Shown here one piece after another: positions 12,942 through 26,400 of a DNA stretch of 64,000 nucleotides (positions within the stretch are counted from its first letter, which is position 1; every line of letters begins with the position of its first letter). Below the pieces are notes generated by a model, which saw only the letters and a program-made list of their open reading frames with translations, had not been told where the DNA came from and made no database searches. Made by a program: the position numbers and the translations under genes. This DNA is from Lepidodermella squamata (taxonomy: Eukaryota > Animalia > Gastrotricha), in the NCBI GenBank assembly GCA_047495785.1, contig JBLDXI010000042.1:806001-870000 (forward strand). The letters run 5' to 3'.

Positions 12942-15900
12942 ACAGGCAATACTTCCCATCAGCGGCTCGACCGGATCGGCCCACGATCTTCAAAGACAGA
13001 AATAAATATGCAAATAGTTGAAAGCGAGCTTCAACAAACCTCGCCAAGCTGATGGATCCATTGTTTGGAATAGAATTGGTTGAGAGTGTACCGTACAAAA
13101 GGCTTCTATTCCTGTCGCAAGAAATAGAGAAGCCACTATTGGTTGAGGTCGCTAAGTAAACAACGGCCACAAAGCGCCATTGATGATTAAAGAAACACGT
13201 CGTCGCAGTGGAAACGTTTCCAAGCTCAACGCGAACTGTGTTGTTGCTTAGAACCACAATTTTTAGCCCGGGCATCGCCCCGTATGGAGCGAATTCAAGA
13301 AGCGTCCTTACCGGTTCAGTTGACAGCGTTGCGAAAAAGGTAATGCTGAAACCAGCGGTCATCTTCTTGATCTTATCAGCTGATACACTCCTTGCATCGC
13401 CCGACCCGGAATAGAGAGCGGTGTTTAAAATGCTGAAAGGTCCAGAAACAGATGGAAGGGTCGTGACTGGGGCTGAGAAATTAGCCTTTGGCTCGACACG
13501 GTCGTTCAAATCGGATACCAACGGCCAAATTGCTGTGTTCGAAGGTATCACTGTTGCCAAAGATTCAGGTGTCCACGTTTTGCCGGCATGAACCTCCAAG
13601 CACTGCTTACGAACCATCCACAGGTGTTGTACGAGAAGGGCGTGTTTGTAGATTGAAAAACAAGAAACACGGCTAGAGGTGGTAACGTCACTTTTGCCAG
13701 CGAACAGTTTATTGCTTGTAACGGGGGGTGTTGTGACATTGACCGTATTAACAACGCTGTCGCAGACTGCTGTCAACTGGCCTAATGTTTTGTCGTATGA
13801 AACCGCGATGTAGACCCACAATGAAGAACGGCTTGCCATTGGTATGCAAGATAATGAAATTGGAGCAGCGGTTGCATCTGTAAAAGCACATTTTCATTTT
13901 CTGAAAATCCCCCAAAAAACCACAGGGCCCTTTGGCCATGAAATTGGGGCCCGAAAATACCCCCTAGCTCGAGGATCCTACTTCGCGCACTGGGATGAAG
14001 TAAGATGATCCTCGAATTTCAGCCCCCAATATATCAGACTAAAAGGTCCACCTGTACCCCCGTACCCACCGGTACATCGCACACTGCTCAACTGCCAACT
14101 CACCCGTATATATGTCCATTCTGTTCATGCCATCGCTAGTCACGGGGCTGTAGAGAATTCGGAAAAGCGGACCTGCGTCGTAGAAACCCATCACAGGAAC
14201 AACGGATCTGACTGTTGTCGCCAAATACCAGTAAATAGATAGCGTAAATGATGACTGGCTGCTGAGATCAAGTTTGGCATTCTCCAGCTGGAAGTATCTG
14301 CTTGAAGATGTCACCAAGATGTAATTCGAAGGGGCCCGTAGAATAGCCAATAACAGATCCAACATATGTTCCGTTCATTCCATTCCATTCCATTCCATTC
14401 CATTCCATTCCATTCCATTCCATTCCATTCCTGATATCACTCATGTTGTAGGCCTGCGTGATCGGGAAGAAAGCCAAGGCGGGAGGTAATGCAAACGGAT
14501 TTTCTGTATTAAATCATCATAATTATTATGAGACTATGAGACTTAGGACAAACTTACGCTGTTCGCAGATCTCCAGCGTGTTGTATGTTGTAATATTATA
14601 TGGTAACTAATGTTAGAAAGCGAAAATTATTATAGGAGAGATGGGCAACGAGTATTTGTTGATGACTTACCCAATTTTCGGGACAAATGTCGGTCACGGA
14701 TACACATTTTGAAGCCATAAACTGCTTACTGGTACATAGCTTGAACTAGAGACAAACGAATAAAAGTTTTATTGGCAAGTGTTCGACGGGAATTATCATA
14801 GAGAATAGAAATGTCAAAAGCTATTGAAGCTTCAAATTATACAAATTGGATTTTTAATAGACCATCCTTTCTAATTTATGCAGCGGATAAATCTAAACAG
14901 TTTCGATCAACTCGTGAAATTTACCTTGTATAATGGGAGATTACTGAGGCATTGGGCATAATTAGTGCCGAAATCGCCAACGCTGTTGAAAGTTGAAACC
15001 TGAAAAAGAGAAATCGAAGCGATTGGTTACACTCATCTCAATTTCCTATACCAGACTCATCGGCGATCGGCAAACCCCTTGACAAAGTAACGCTGACGCA
15101 GATCTGCAAAGTGCCGCTGGCTGTAAAGGGAAGACGGACCCATATTTCCCAAGGCTAAAATTTTCTAACGTGAACAACTAACCCCGGTGGTGCAATGTTT
15201 TTTGTCGATGTAGTTTCCAGCGCTGAAAGCCTGGATAAAAGAAGTTATTAAAAATCATAATTTCTAATTGAAAAATATAAATAATTCAGCTGTATCTCGA
15301 GATTTTTTAATTAATTTAAAAATCCAACCCATATATTTGATACTTCTAGGTTTGAAGACATCTTCACCTGAGACTGCGTTGAATCATTGCATCCTGGATT
15401 AGCCAGCAGGCACCCAGCAAATGACCCATCCATTTTTGAGAAGCACCGAACGTGCGGCGAATCAGGAATTTTTGCAGCTATAATGCAATTAAACACGTTA
15501 GTACGAAGCGAAAAAATTGAGTCAGCAACCTCTAATCCGCGATAAGCAGTCAGACAAAGTGATTATGAGATTTACTTCACGCTGAAATACATTAAAGGCG
15601 CTGAAATTGAGATAGACTGGAGAGTACCAATCTCACCCAGCCAGTTGGACATTGGCCGTCAATCGGGACACAGGTTTGATCGGAGCCATTACCACACTGG
15701 ATTGCTGGGTTGTCCTGCGCAGAAAAGTACACAGCTTTCACTAGAAAATTTCTCATATCAAACCATATAAGGCCGAATAGCGCCGAGGCAGGCATCATAA
15801 CGCGGCCTGAATGCCAAACCCGTAAAATCTAAATGCTGTTTGGAATCAAACTAATTTTCGGATAATTATTGAAATAAAAAAATTACCGGAATTTCCTCCT

Positions 15901-16251
15901 TCGAGCAAGAAACGAGTTTGGGGAGGCATCTCAAAGTGAACAGCTGCAGGTTGTAGCAGCTGTGGGCTGACTGAATTACAGCCCGTGTGAAAATTATAAC
16001 AAAAATCCTCGTATCAACTTACGCCTTGTTTACAACTCGTAAAGTCAGGAAGCGCTGGGCCCAGCTATTCCCATTAAAATAAATGAAGCAAGCTGTATTG
16101 AATAGGCCAAACTCACCTGAAATTCTTCGAATAGGTCACAGTCAGATTTGCAGTCGACGAATGCATCGTTCCATCGTGAAAAGCATCGCTTGTAACAGTC
16201 AACACTGCTAAAAGCGAGCGTGACTAGCAAAAGAATTTGCAAAAAATTCAT
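12942..16251 (-). pseudogene. Family member A2: signal peptide + 6 repeats (1-5 and 12) + 2 LamG-like domains; frameshifted and 3'-truncated
   Basis: ATG at 16251 (MNFLQILLLVTLAFSSVDCYKRCFSRWNDAF...). Frameshift near 14325 (homology switches from ORF 14268-14477 to ORF 14039-14365). Last exon breaks after SWADPVEPLMGSIAC. Confidence 0.8.
14376..14430. repeat. (CATTC)11 microsatellite inside an A2 coding exon
   Basis: Perfect pentamer array that reads NGMEW repeats on the minus strand. Confidence 0.95.
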
Positions 16252-17671
16252 AGTAATTTCCGTGGTTGAAAATTGTTTGAATGAACAGTTGCGATAAGTT
16301 TGCCTGAAATCACGTAATTTTTCAAACGTGGCGTTTCTTGGTCGCGTGCTGTGAAAAAGCGATGTTCTAATTTCTAACGACACTGAGCCGATCGTTTTTA
16401 AAGTAGCTTGGTTAGCTTGGTTAGGTTATAAAATGAGACTAATAGAGTAATAGACTGACTAATTGCTGGAGAAAAAGCGTATTCTCGATACACAGAAGAT
16501 ATTAATGATCCTGTTCTGCAGAAGTTGGAATATGGAGAGCTTGCAACAGGGATCTGCCAGGGATGGAAAATTTAGTTTCGTATCGCTAGTGATTTCTGAT
16601 TTCAACCAGCAAATGAGCGGAGGGAGGAAAATTTGAAAATGGTCCACTAAAACACGCTCTGAAATTGACCTTTTAAACCTTTTAAACCTTTTAAAATTGA
16701 CGAATCAGCGAGCTAAATTTTTCATTTACTTGTGCGCCCTTGCCGAGCTGGGTAGGATAATACTTGGAGGCTTGGTTACCCTGGAACGAAATAAAAACCT
16801 GTACTTTGCTCTTTTCTAATGTGGAAATTAAGCTGCACCTTATCGATCTAGCGAAACAAGTTTGTTTGGGCCTCATTTAGTGCGCGAAGGGGGTAACTAC
16901 ACCAGAAAAAAAATTCTCTGATTTATCTATTAAAAATCAAAAGCATAAATTTAGTTTCGGTAGCTGAATTCATGCTTTCGGTAGATAAATTTCCGAATTT
17001 CGAATTGAGGTGATTATGGGCAAACGTTGAAAAATCGGGGAATTAGGATACCCCCAAGGCCCTAATTAAGGGGGATTTCACAGGGTGATTTTTCTGGTGA
17101 AGGAACCTAGAGCTAACTAATCTCTAACCAGGGGCCTCGGAGCCACAGTGTTTTGTTGTCTTTAATGCTAAAATTAGTCTTTGATGAGCAATTTCCCGCA
17201 ATTTCGGATCAATAATCATAAAGCATCTTTGAAGAACACAAAAATAAGGCTAGTTATTATTTTGCTATGTGTCAAAGTTCAAAGGCTAGAGGCTAGAGAA
17301 GTTAAAATTAAAACTAGAATTCACAGACGGAACGAAACTAGAACATTAGCTGAAATGTCTATTTGCTTTGAGTTCAAGCCAATTTAACCTGGATCAATAG
17401 ATCATAATAGATCACCATTAACAATCGATATTCATGTTAACAATTCTAAGATAATAAAACAGTTCACACTCGTTTTCCAGACAAAAAAAACGCTCGGTTA
17501 AAAATAGTTGGACTTTGACAGCGCGGACCTACTCCATCACCATGTGAAAGTAGAATGGCTACTAGAATATGTAGTCTCTTCGAACCAACTTGACCTGGAA
17601 GGGCTTAAAATAGATCAAAAAAAGAAAAACTGACATTAGTCACAACAATCCGCAGACATTGAATGAGTTCG

Positions 17672-17677
17672 CACGCG
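17672..17677 (+). promoter_or_regulatory. CACGCG motif shared by the upstream regions of all six family starts (A3 instance given)
   Basis: Also at 11993-11998, 16343-16348, 30681-30686, 55817-55822 (sense) and 41168-41173 (antisense), each ~85-120 nt upstream of the ATG. Confidence 0.5.
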
Positions 17678-17775
17678 TTTTTAGACGCATGAACGCCGCA
17701 TCCGGAACCCTACCAACCACCCAGTCAAAATCGTTTATACATTCATTATTTAATTTTTTGGGCATTAATATTAGA

Positions 17776-20700
17776 ATGAAATTATTCGAAGCTGTTTTGC
17801 TTGTCATGATCGCTTTTAGCAGCGTCGATGGCTATAAAAGATGCATATCGCGATGGAACGACGATTTCGTCGACTGCAAAGAAGACTGCTATCTATTCGA
17901 AGAAGTCCAGGTATAAGTACCTGCCCTATTTTAATCTGGCTCTTATAAATTTTTTAACAAATAGCTGGGGCCAAAACGTCCTGATTACGTCAGTTGTAAA
18001 CAAGGCGTGAGTTTATAAAAACTATCTGATTCGAAGTTATACTTGGATTCTCTTACAGTCAGCCCACAGCTGCTACAACCCTAAGCTATTCACTCTGAGA
18101 TGCTTACCTCAATTGCTGCCGTGCTCAAAAGACGAGATTCCAGTAAATTATTTGATTCAATTAATTTCCGAAATTATTTCCCATTTATTTTGTGAACAGC
18201 ACATGAATTTCAGTGGCGTGACTTTCAAATCTCGTTATGATGCCTGCATTGACAAAATTGGGCCATATATGGTATTTATTGCTTTCTTTTATTGATTTTT
18301 CTAAGTCTTTGTATTGGAAATTATCTAGGAAAATCCGGCAAAACTGTGCGCTCTTAATTCAAACCTAACCTGCGTTCCGTTCGAAAGCAGATGTCCAAGT
18401 GGCTGGGTGAGAATTTTTCGCGAAAAGTTTCTGAATTGTTTTATTTTCTGATTTCAGCGTGAATCGCATCCGACCTTCAGCTTGAATGAGTGCCTACGGC
18501 TTATAAACGGTTTGTTCGGTTTGACTTCAAGGATCAAAGTATAATTTCCCCCATTTCAGCTGTTCGAAATTCAGATTATTCGCCTCATGTTCGGTGCTTT
18601 TCGAAGATGGACCGCTCTTTCGCTGGCTGCCTGCTCTCGACTCCAGGCTGTAATGTTGCCACACAGTCACAGGTTTATTCATCAATCAAGAAATATCTTC
18701 AAATTTCTTTGTTATTTAATTGAATCTAGGCTTTTAGCGGTGGAAATTTCATCGACAAGAAGCATTGCTCAGTTGGGGTTCGTCTCGAATTATCAAATTT
18801 ACCCTTGGTAATTTTGTTATTCTATCTTCCAGCCTGCTGCCCTATGCAAATCAAGGTCGAATTTACTTTTCCGAGCAATTTGCAGGTCACCAATGAGTCT
18901 GGTAAACTATGAAATGCTTTCCATTCACTTGTTCACTTTCCAACCTTTATTTTGCTTGTAAAGGTTGCAACTTTCAATAACGCCAAAGACTTTGGTGCAA
19001 ATTATGCGGCATGCCAGAGCTATTTATCGATTTACATGGTAATATTAGAAAAATTCGTTAATTGAATTGTATTTGAATGTCACTACTTTCAGAAACCGCA
19101 TACCTTTTGCCTGAATTCGCAAAATTACGCCCTCGTCAAATGCATTCCAACAGATGGCAGCGAAAACTGCTCGGCTAATAGTACAAATCAATTTTCAAGC
19201 GGCGTAACATTTCCCAATCTCGGCGAATGCGAATCAGGTTTGTAATAGAACAAATGATTTTCCAAACGAAGACCTAATGCTTTCATCCCAGCTCCGCAGT
19301 CTTTCTTCCCAAATCGACGCTGCTTTGGTTCAGGACGATCGACATTCTCTGGATGCAAACCCGCACAGCTTGCATGCGATGGCACAGACGTGAGATTGCT
19401 CCGAATGTTATTCCCATTCACGTTTCAATCTATAGACACCCGATGCGACCATCTTCTCGACGAAATCAGCTTGTGAAACTGGGGTAGGTCCTTTAATTTT
19501 TTGATTTATTTGGGGATTTTATGAAAATTTGTTGACAGGCAATCAGTATGTGTTACGATGCTACGACCGGCGGCAGCTGCCTCGATTCTTGTACAAACGG
19601 GACTGGCAAATACGATGTAATTTGAGTTTAGGATTTGAAATATTCCGGAAACCTGCGAATCATGATGGCTGCAAAGCTTGAATTTTCAAAATTAAATTAA
19701 ATTGCGATTTATTTTGAGTTTGAATTTTTTAAGGATATTTTCGAATTGTCCTTCCAACAATTTAGCTTGGAAGCATCGGATCAAGCTCAACACTATTTGC
19801 AACGAATTTCGCAACATGTGCCACTTCGATTCAGGTGAGAATTATGATAGATCTTGGACGCACTGTTTTACCATTATTTCAAATTGTTTTCCAGGGGAAA
19901 CACAAGCAATGTGTTATAACAAATTCAAATATCCTAGTTGTGTGTATTCCAACGATTTCGACATGCCCAAACTCCACCGTGAGGCATTTTCTATTGGGTT
20001 TGAATCAATTTTCAATTTTTTCAAATTTTTTTAGACGCCTGCTGCCGATTCCGCAATTTACGACTCGTTCGCTATTTGCAACAGTTTGTTTTCAAAATTC
20101 TTGTTTGTTCAATTTATTATTATATAAAAAATAGTTGTGGATGTTTACGTTCACTGTTACGATAGCGATAAGTTGTACAAAGGCTGCTATCTTGGACCTA
20201 CTTGCCCGAATCAGCTCATAAACGTGAGTCATGTCACTATACACGACGATTTGCTATTTTCCCTCAATTTCACTGCAGATTGGGACTATGACCTACACAT
20301 CCCAAAGCGCCTGTAATTCTGCGGTAATTTTACACATTTACCTTACTGGCAATTTTATTTTTTCCTGTAATTTCAGACAGCCTATCAATGTGGATCTTTG
20401 CTATGTCAGGATTCGCAAACTTGCCAACAAGGACAGCAGCAAGTATGTCTATGATGAAATATAATTCTATGGGTTTGTTACAGCTGTTCACTTTACAGAG
20501 TGGTCTATTTGCGAATGGGAACTATTCCAGCAATTTGGATGCCTGCATCGCAGCGCTTCCTGTGAGTTTATTAATCCAAATGCCGGAATCCTGCGTTCCG
20601 CGACCTTACTCCCCAAATTTATGTTTCTCCAACAGTACAGCCTGTGCACAAATGACCTTTTGAATGTCAGGAAGATGTGTTTCCGTTGCGAAAAATTGTC

Positions 20701-22158
20701 CAACGTCTTGGGTGAGACTTATAATAAATTAGAAATAAACGTAAATTGTCAATAATATCTTCAATTTTTATTTCAGGTGAGAACCGGACCGTCTCTAAGC
20801 ACATCAGAGCTTTGCGAACAGCGTAAGCTCATGTTTTTCAATGTCGGAGCAATAATCAATTTTAAATTCTATAGAGACTGCTTTCGGATAGAGATGCCGC
20901 GGTTAAAAAAATAACCGCAAAACCGCGGTTAACCGACGGTTCGGTTCGGTTCGGTTCATCGGACGCTGTAACCACGGTTTTAACCGAAATAACCGCCCTA
21001 TAGAGCGGATATAGACCCTCAGTTGCAAAACTTCGGAAAATTAAGCATATTATTACATGTTATTACCTTTTCCATTCTTTTACGCTGGTTCGCAAGTGTT
21101 TTTCACATGTCAATTAGCCGATAGGAAAATCAATCAATTAGCCGATCACCGATCACCGATCACCGATAATCGATAATCGATCACCGGTACGTGATAATGG
21201 ATGTTGCCAATGTATTCAGGGGCAAATTTTACCCTAGACCCCAAATTTTGAGGTCGTAATTCATGATAATATAAAATATATCGCAAAATCAATTTCGCTT
21301 CCGGTTTATGATCAACCTTTTAATTTGGCGGTTTTAATCCTCTGAAGTTTTCAAGATTTAATAAATCGGGTAAACCGCCTTCTTTGTGCCTGAAACCCCC
21401 CTTAGAAACCTTTCACGTTTAGGTAACTTTTCACGCCGGATCAGAATCCGTTGACAGAATTTCGATTGCCATCATACCTCCGGAGATAATTGCCTTTTTT
21501 AAATTATTTTATTGCTTTATTGCACCCATTTAATTGTTTTCCCCGGATGAGTTTTATAGTCGGGTAATACATGAAACTATGCAGTTTTTTATGTAGAATC
21601 ACGTGGTGTAGCTCAAATTCTAACTAGAGCTATGGTTAAGGGGCTATTGCTATGCAAAAACGTTCAATTTTAACATTCAATGGAATGAATGCAATGCCAG
21701 GGATTAACCGTGTTTAACCCGGTTAAAACCGCGGTTAACCCGGTTCGGTTACCGATTTTCGATTAACCGAACCGTAACCGAACCGGCGGCTTGAAACTTT
21801 AACCGCGGCATCTCTACTTTCGGACTGCCGCTTGAAGTGATTTATCTCCCGCTCACGCAGACATTCGGCCTCAGTGATATCAGTGCCAACGAGATCCACG
21901 TAACATTGTTTGGAGGTTCTCCGAATTACGCCACGGGCCCGTTCGGCTACCCAAGCTCCGTCAGCTCTCTCAGCGCGACATATTCTTACCTGGACATGGA
22001 TAGCAGCAAGCTGCTAGTCGGCTCGTCATCTTTCACGGTGTCTGTTTACGCCAGCTTATCGGGCAGCAGCTACGCATATACAGTGATCCAGTTCTACATT
22101 GATTACCCGCTTTTCGTCATAACTTACGACCCGGCTATAAACAAAATTCGATATTCAG
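17776..22158 (+). pseudogene. Family member A3 (inverted): signal peptide + 12 repeats + first LamG exon; disrupted
   Basis: ATG at 17776 (MKLFEAVLLVMIAFSSVDGYKRCISRWNDDF...). +1 frameshift near 20663 (YSLCTNDLL/MSGRCVSVAKNCPTSW). hAT insertion inside the ETAFG|LPLEV exon. Last two exons not found. Confidence 0.8.
20889..21816. mobile_element. Non-autonomous hAT-type element inserted in an A3 coding exon
   Basis: TIR tagagatgccgcggttaaa / tttaaccgcggcatctcta. Perfect 8-bp TSD ctttcgga (20881-20888, 21817-21824). Subterminal aaccg/cggtt repeats. Confidence 0.92.
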
Positions 22159-23410
22159 GTTAGCTCTTTGCTAAATGACACATCTATTGCGTTTCATTCC
22201 TTGACTTTCATGAAATCTTTGGTACAGAAAGTTAGAGTTGTCCCAGGGTCCAACATTTCAGACTCACCCCAGAGGGACGCAACTCTGATTCGCTAGGTCA
22301 TCTCGTCCTTAAGCGTCAACAAGCTATTATCGGCTGGAGAGAAATCCAATTCGTCATCTCACTAGAAAGCCTTCGCACGATGCGCACTATAGGGCCAGTG
22401 CGCCTGAGAGCTGCCCGCAGATGAATGGCGGTATTGAGTATTGAGAGCGGAAATCTCAGAAAAGCAAGGAAAACTGCGCCAAAAATGCATTTTTTCAAAC
22501 CGGCTGACATTCAGTCTCTCGGAGAAATTGAACCACTGGATCGATCTTTGATTTTTTGGTATCATTGGATAGCCAAAGTTCTGCTCTACAATACTGGTTA
22601 CTCGTCAGCCTCCGAAAATACCCCTAGTTCCAAGATCCTACTTCGCGCAAACAACCATGCCAACCACTGATCTAGATCTGATTGAGGGTTTTTGAATAAT
22701 TGTAATTTCGCATATTCACAGGAATCTTTTGGAACCGAAGTTATCAAGCTCGAAGCCTATGTTTTCATCCCGATTTGGCGTGGTGAGATTTTTCACTCTT
22801 TCAAATTTCCCGAATATTATGCGCTATTTTTTGCAAACAGGCTTCACAGCCTCTCCAAATGTGAGGCCCGTCGCCAGACCCTTGAAATCACTATTGGTTT
22901 CTATGAAGAATCCGCTGAAACAAATCAGACGTGTAGCCGCACATCAGGAAGGGTGGATGGTTGTCTTTTCTCGTAACAAGGCCAAAACCAGACCACGGCG
23001 GATGGGCGCTACCAATCCCGAAAAAGTAACAAGTAACAAGTGGTCAATCAGCTTTACGAGCTTCCGCGCGCCCTGTTTGTCCCGTGTTGATTTATCCAAG
23101 ACGTGAGAACGCGCTTGTTTACACGTAACAATGGCCATTGTGAGTTTCGCACAATTGCAATCTTGCATTGGGATGAATCGGATATCCTCGCCTTTCCTTC
23201 CGAAAACATCAGCATCAGCGCTCATAACCGAGCATCTAAAACCGCACATTGATATACTTTGAACCTTTATTTAATCATGTCTGAGCCTTGATCTTTTTCA
23301 GTTGAGAATATAACCGCCTAAAAATATCACTAGAGAATTGTCTCTCTCGAAATGTTGAACATAAATATCGTCGAAAATTCAAAGAGCCCGAAGACTTCGA
23401 CTGTTAAGAA

Positions 23411-26400
23411 TTAGCGCATTTCAGGAATGGAAAAGGCAGCGCAATTGATTTCGACGATTCGCAGCTGGTTCGACGTCAGCGCTGCGTTAAACATATTCAT
23501 GCACCCAATGCTTCCCTGATACGTAGATGAAGTGTCAGTCCATGCCCTGATAGTTGAGTTAGAGTGAAACAGCGATCAAGGCAGGAAGAAAATGTGATTA
23601 CTCACCGTGCCAAAGCGAGCTGTCCGCTCCCAGTAACGGGTCGATTGGTGTTTGAAAAAATAGCACCTCTTCGATCGCAATGAAAATTCCCCGAGGCAGT
23701 GTTAGCGTCGTAAGTCAATGTCAGATAACGCCAAGTAAATAGCAATGGGCAGGTGATCGAAGTCGCGCCTGAGCTGAACACCCTGGCGACGAACGCCCGG
23801 CCGGAATTGCCATTGATTCTCAAACCTTGTGTCGTCCCGTTTGGAGCGTATTCGATGGCTGTTTTCGTAGTAGCCGAGAGCGTGGCAAAAAGGGCAATGG
23901 TGAAACTGCCCGTGCTGAACTTGATCTTTTCGGCAGCCAGACTGATAGGATTTGTCGAGTTGTAATAATATGCGGTGTCAGCTAAGCCAAATGGCCCGGC
24001 AACCCGCGGAAGAGCCGTGTTAGGGGTCGTAAAATTGGCCCTAGGATCGACTGAATCAGCCATGTCAGAAACCAACGGCCAAGTGGCTATGGTAGAAGGT
24101 AGTAGGGCGCTCAGGTTCTCAGGAGACCACGTTTTGCCAGCATGAATTTGCAGGCACTTCTTCCGAACAACCCACAGCTGCTTAATCGTGAGGGCGTATT
24201 TGTAAACCGACAGGCATGACACTTGAGCTGCCAACATGACAGAGTTGTCGAAATTTCGGCCAACTTTCATTTTCGCGCTGGTTACAGGTGGTGTTGCGAC
24301 ACTCACCATAGTTGTTGCGCTGTCGCAAACTGATGTAATTTCGTTCGAATTCATGTTGTAGGAAGCAGCGATGAAGACCCACGATTGAACCGCGCTATTG
24401 ACAGATAAGCAGCCATTTGAAATTAGATTGCTCGAATTATCTGCGAAGGACACATAAAATTGTGTAAATTATTTAATAAATATATATCGAAGTCCGAGAA
24501 TTTTCAAGAAAAAGTTTCATTGTCATTGTTCATTGTGCAATTTTGCAATAAGCCTTTCACACAGCAGGGGAATTTGGATTCCGACTAACTCTAGCTCGGA
24601 ATGACAAAATTGGATGAAATTAGGCACCCAATCTAGTAAATATTAATTTTTCTTAAAGTATACTCAAACTACGACTTCTCACCTTGAATTCTCATACTTC
24701 CCTATTTTTGCCGAACAAACGGCTTGGCATACATTTAGTTGGCCATCTAAAGACCCCAATTCCGAAAACCGCAGACTCGCCGCGTTGATTGCGTAACACA
24801 GATGAGCGCGCAAATCACGGGCACGCATGCTTTTTGTGTAAACTCAGGCAAATTTCTACCAGATGACACGGGGGTCGCGCGTGCGGCCTGTTTTGTGTGC
24901 ATCGGTTCAGTCACCTTGTGTTAATTCAAATGGTCACTTGAGTTTACTCATGCACCTATGGTTATTTCGATATCTTTTTTTCATTTATGGTCGATAAAAT
25001 AATAATCAAAGACATGATGTGCACCCAGCGCGTGGCAGATGTTGTGCAACACAACATTGCGTAACAGTGATGAGTTTGCCATTGTTACTCAATAATAAAT
25101 GCATACTTTCGGACATATAAACCGCGCAGGGAGAGCGTATAGAACCACACATCTTTAGTTTATAGTTTTATTTCGAATTTGGCAAGTCAGCCTATTTTTT
25201 TTATCACCGTCGATGCGTCTGGTTAGCGGTAGTTAGCCTGCACCGATCCGAAGCGCGCTCGCCAACAACTAGCCGCGATATCTACCTGTGCTGCTGTTTG
25301 CCGCTGTAAGCCGACATTCCAGATGCCGCTGAATGCTGTTTAACCGCGATTTTTTTTATCAAATTTATCAAATTTTGAAATTTTGAATAAAATACATGTG
25401 ATTTTTTGCGCTCTTCCTGTGTTAATTCAAGTGCGAGTTTTTACAAATTATGAAGTGTGAGTAAACTCAAGTGGGTACTTGTGTATAATCGGTATTGAGT
25501 GTCGTAAAAATCGCCAATCCAAAATATCACCCCCAAAACTGAGTTCACACAAGTTGCAGCTTAGTTAACTCAAATGAGTGGTTTTTCCCCAATGAGTATA
25601 CTCAATTTGTCAAAACTAAGACACTGCCGGCCAAATTTTATCCGATCGCTGTGTGTGATCCTCTTTCATCATTTTCACACGCGCTTTTCTACTTTTAGGA
25701 AAATTAATGTCAAGATCAATGTCAGGAAAATTCATGAAATGTTGGAGTCTCCCGGAGAGAAATTTCTAGGTGGAAAATTAGCTCATGGAGATAAAAACCA
25801 AGCAAAATGCTTAGATCCCCATTATTTTTTATAACAGGTAACAGCAGTGCCGGATTTTCCCAGTTGGCAATTCCACCACGGGGTCTTCGATTGTGGTCCT
25901 CGAGCTCTGTCCAAAGGCCGAAAAATTGATCATTAAAGTCGGTTTCATCCATATTTTCTGACTGAGTTGGAAAATATAGGGGCCCTTGGGGCATATAAGG
26001 GTCCCCCCTTTGGATTTTTCTCGAAGGGCCCGAAAATCGCGGGGCCCAAAGGCAATGGCCTTGTTTGCCTAATGGAAAATCCGGCACTGGGTAACAGTTT
26101 TAAGTTTTAGACATGGTTTCTCCGCTCAAATCTATCATTAAATATATATTCATATTAAATTTATATGAAGCTTTTAGAATTTTCGAAAAATTCGCCAAAA
26201 TGCACCCTAAAATTAATCGGGTTAAGCAAGTTGAAACAACACTTGAATCGTGCAAATACTCACCTCTAAATATGTTCATGGCGTTCGTAGATGGGTTGTA
26301 ATAAATTCGGAAAAGGGCTGAATTCTCGTAGAACTCAACTATCGGATACAAAACGCTAGAGATTGTGGCAAAACGGACGTAGAGAGATATGGTAAATGAC

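Noticed and set aside
14376-14430. Human satellite III contamination
   Set aside because: Only 55 bp, and continuous with family coding sequence on both sides.
22316-23249. Cluster of 60-125 aa ORFs on both strands
   Set aside because: No recognisable motifs; lies in repeat-like sequence between A3 and A4.
24558-25656. Possible CAC...GTG element in an A4 intron
   Set aside because: Only ~8 bp of exact terminal match and no convincing TSD, so not reported as a feature.
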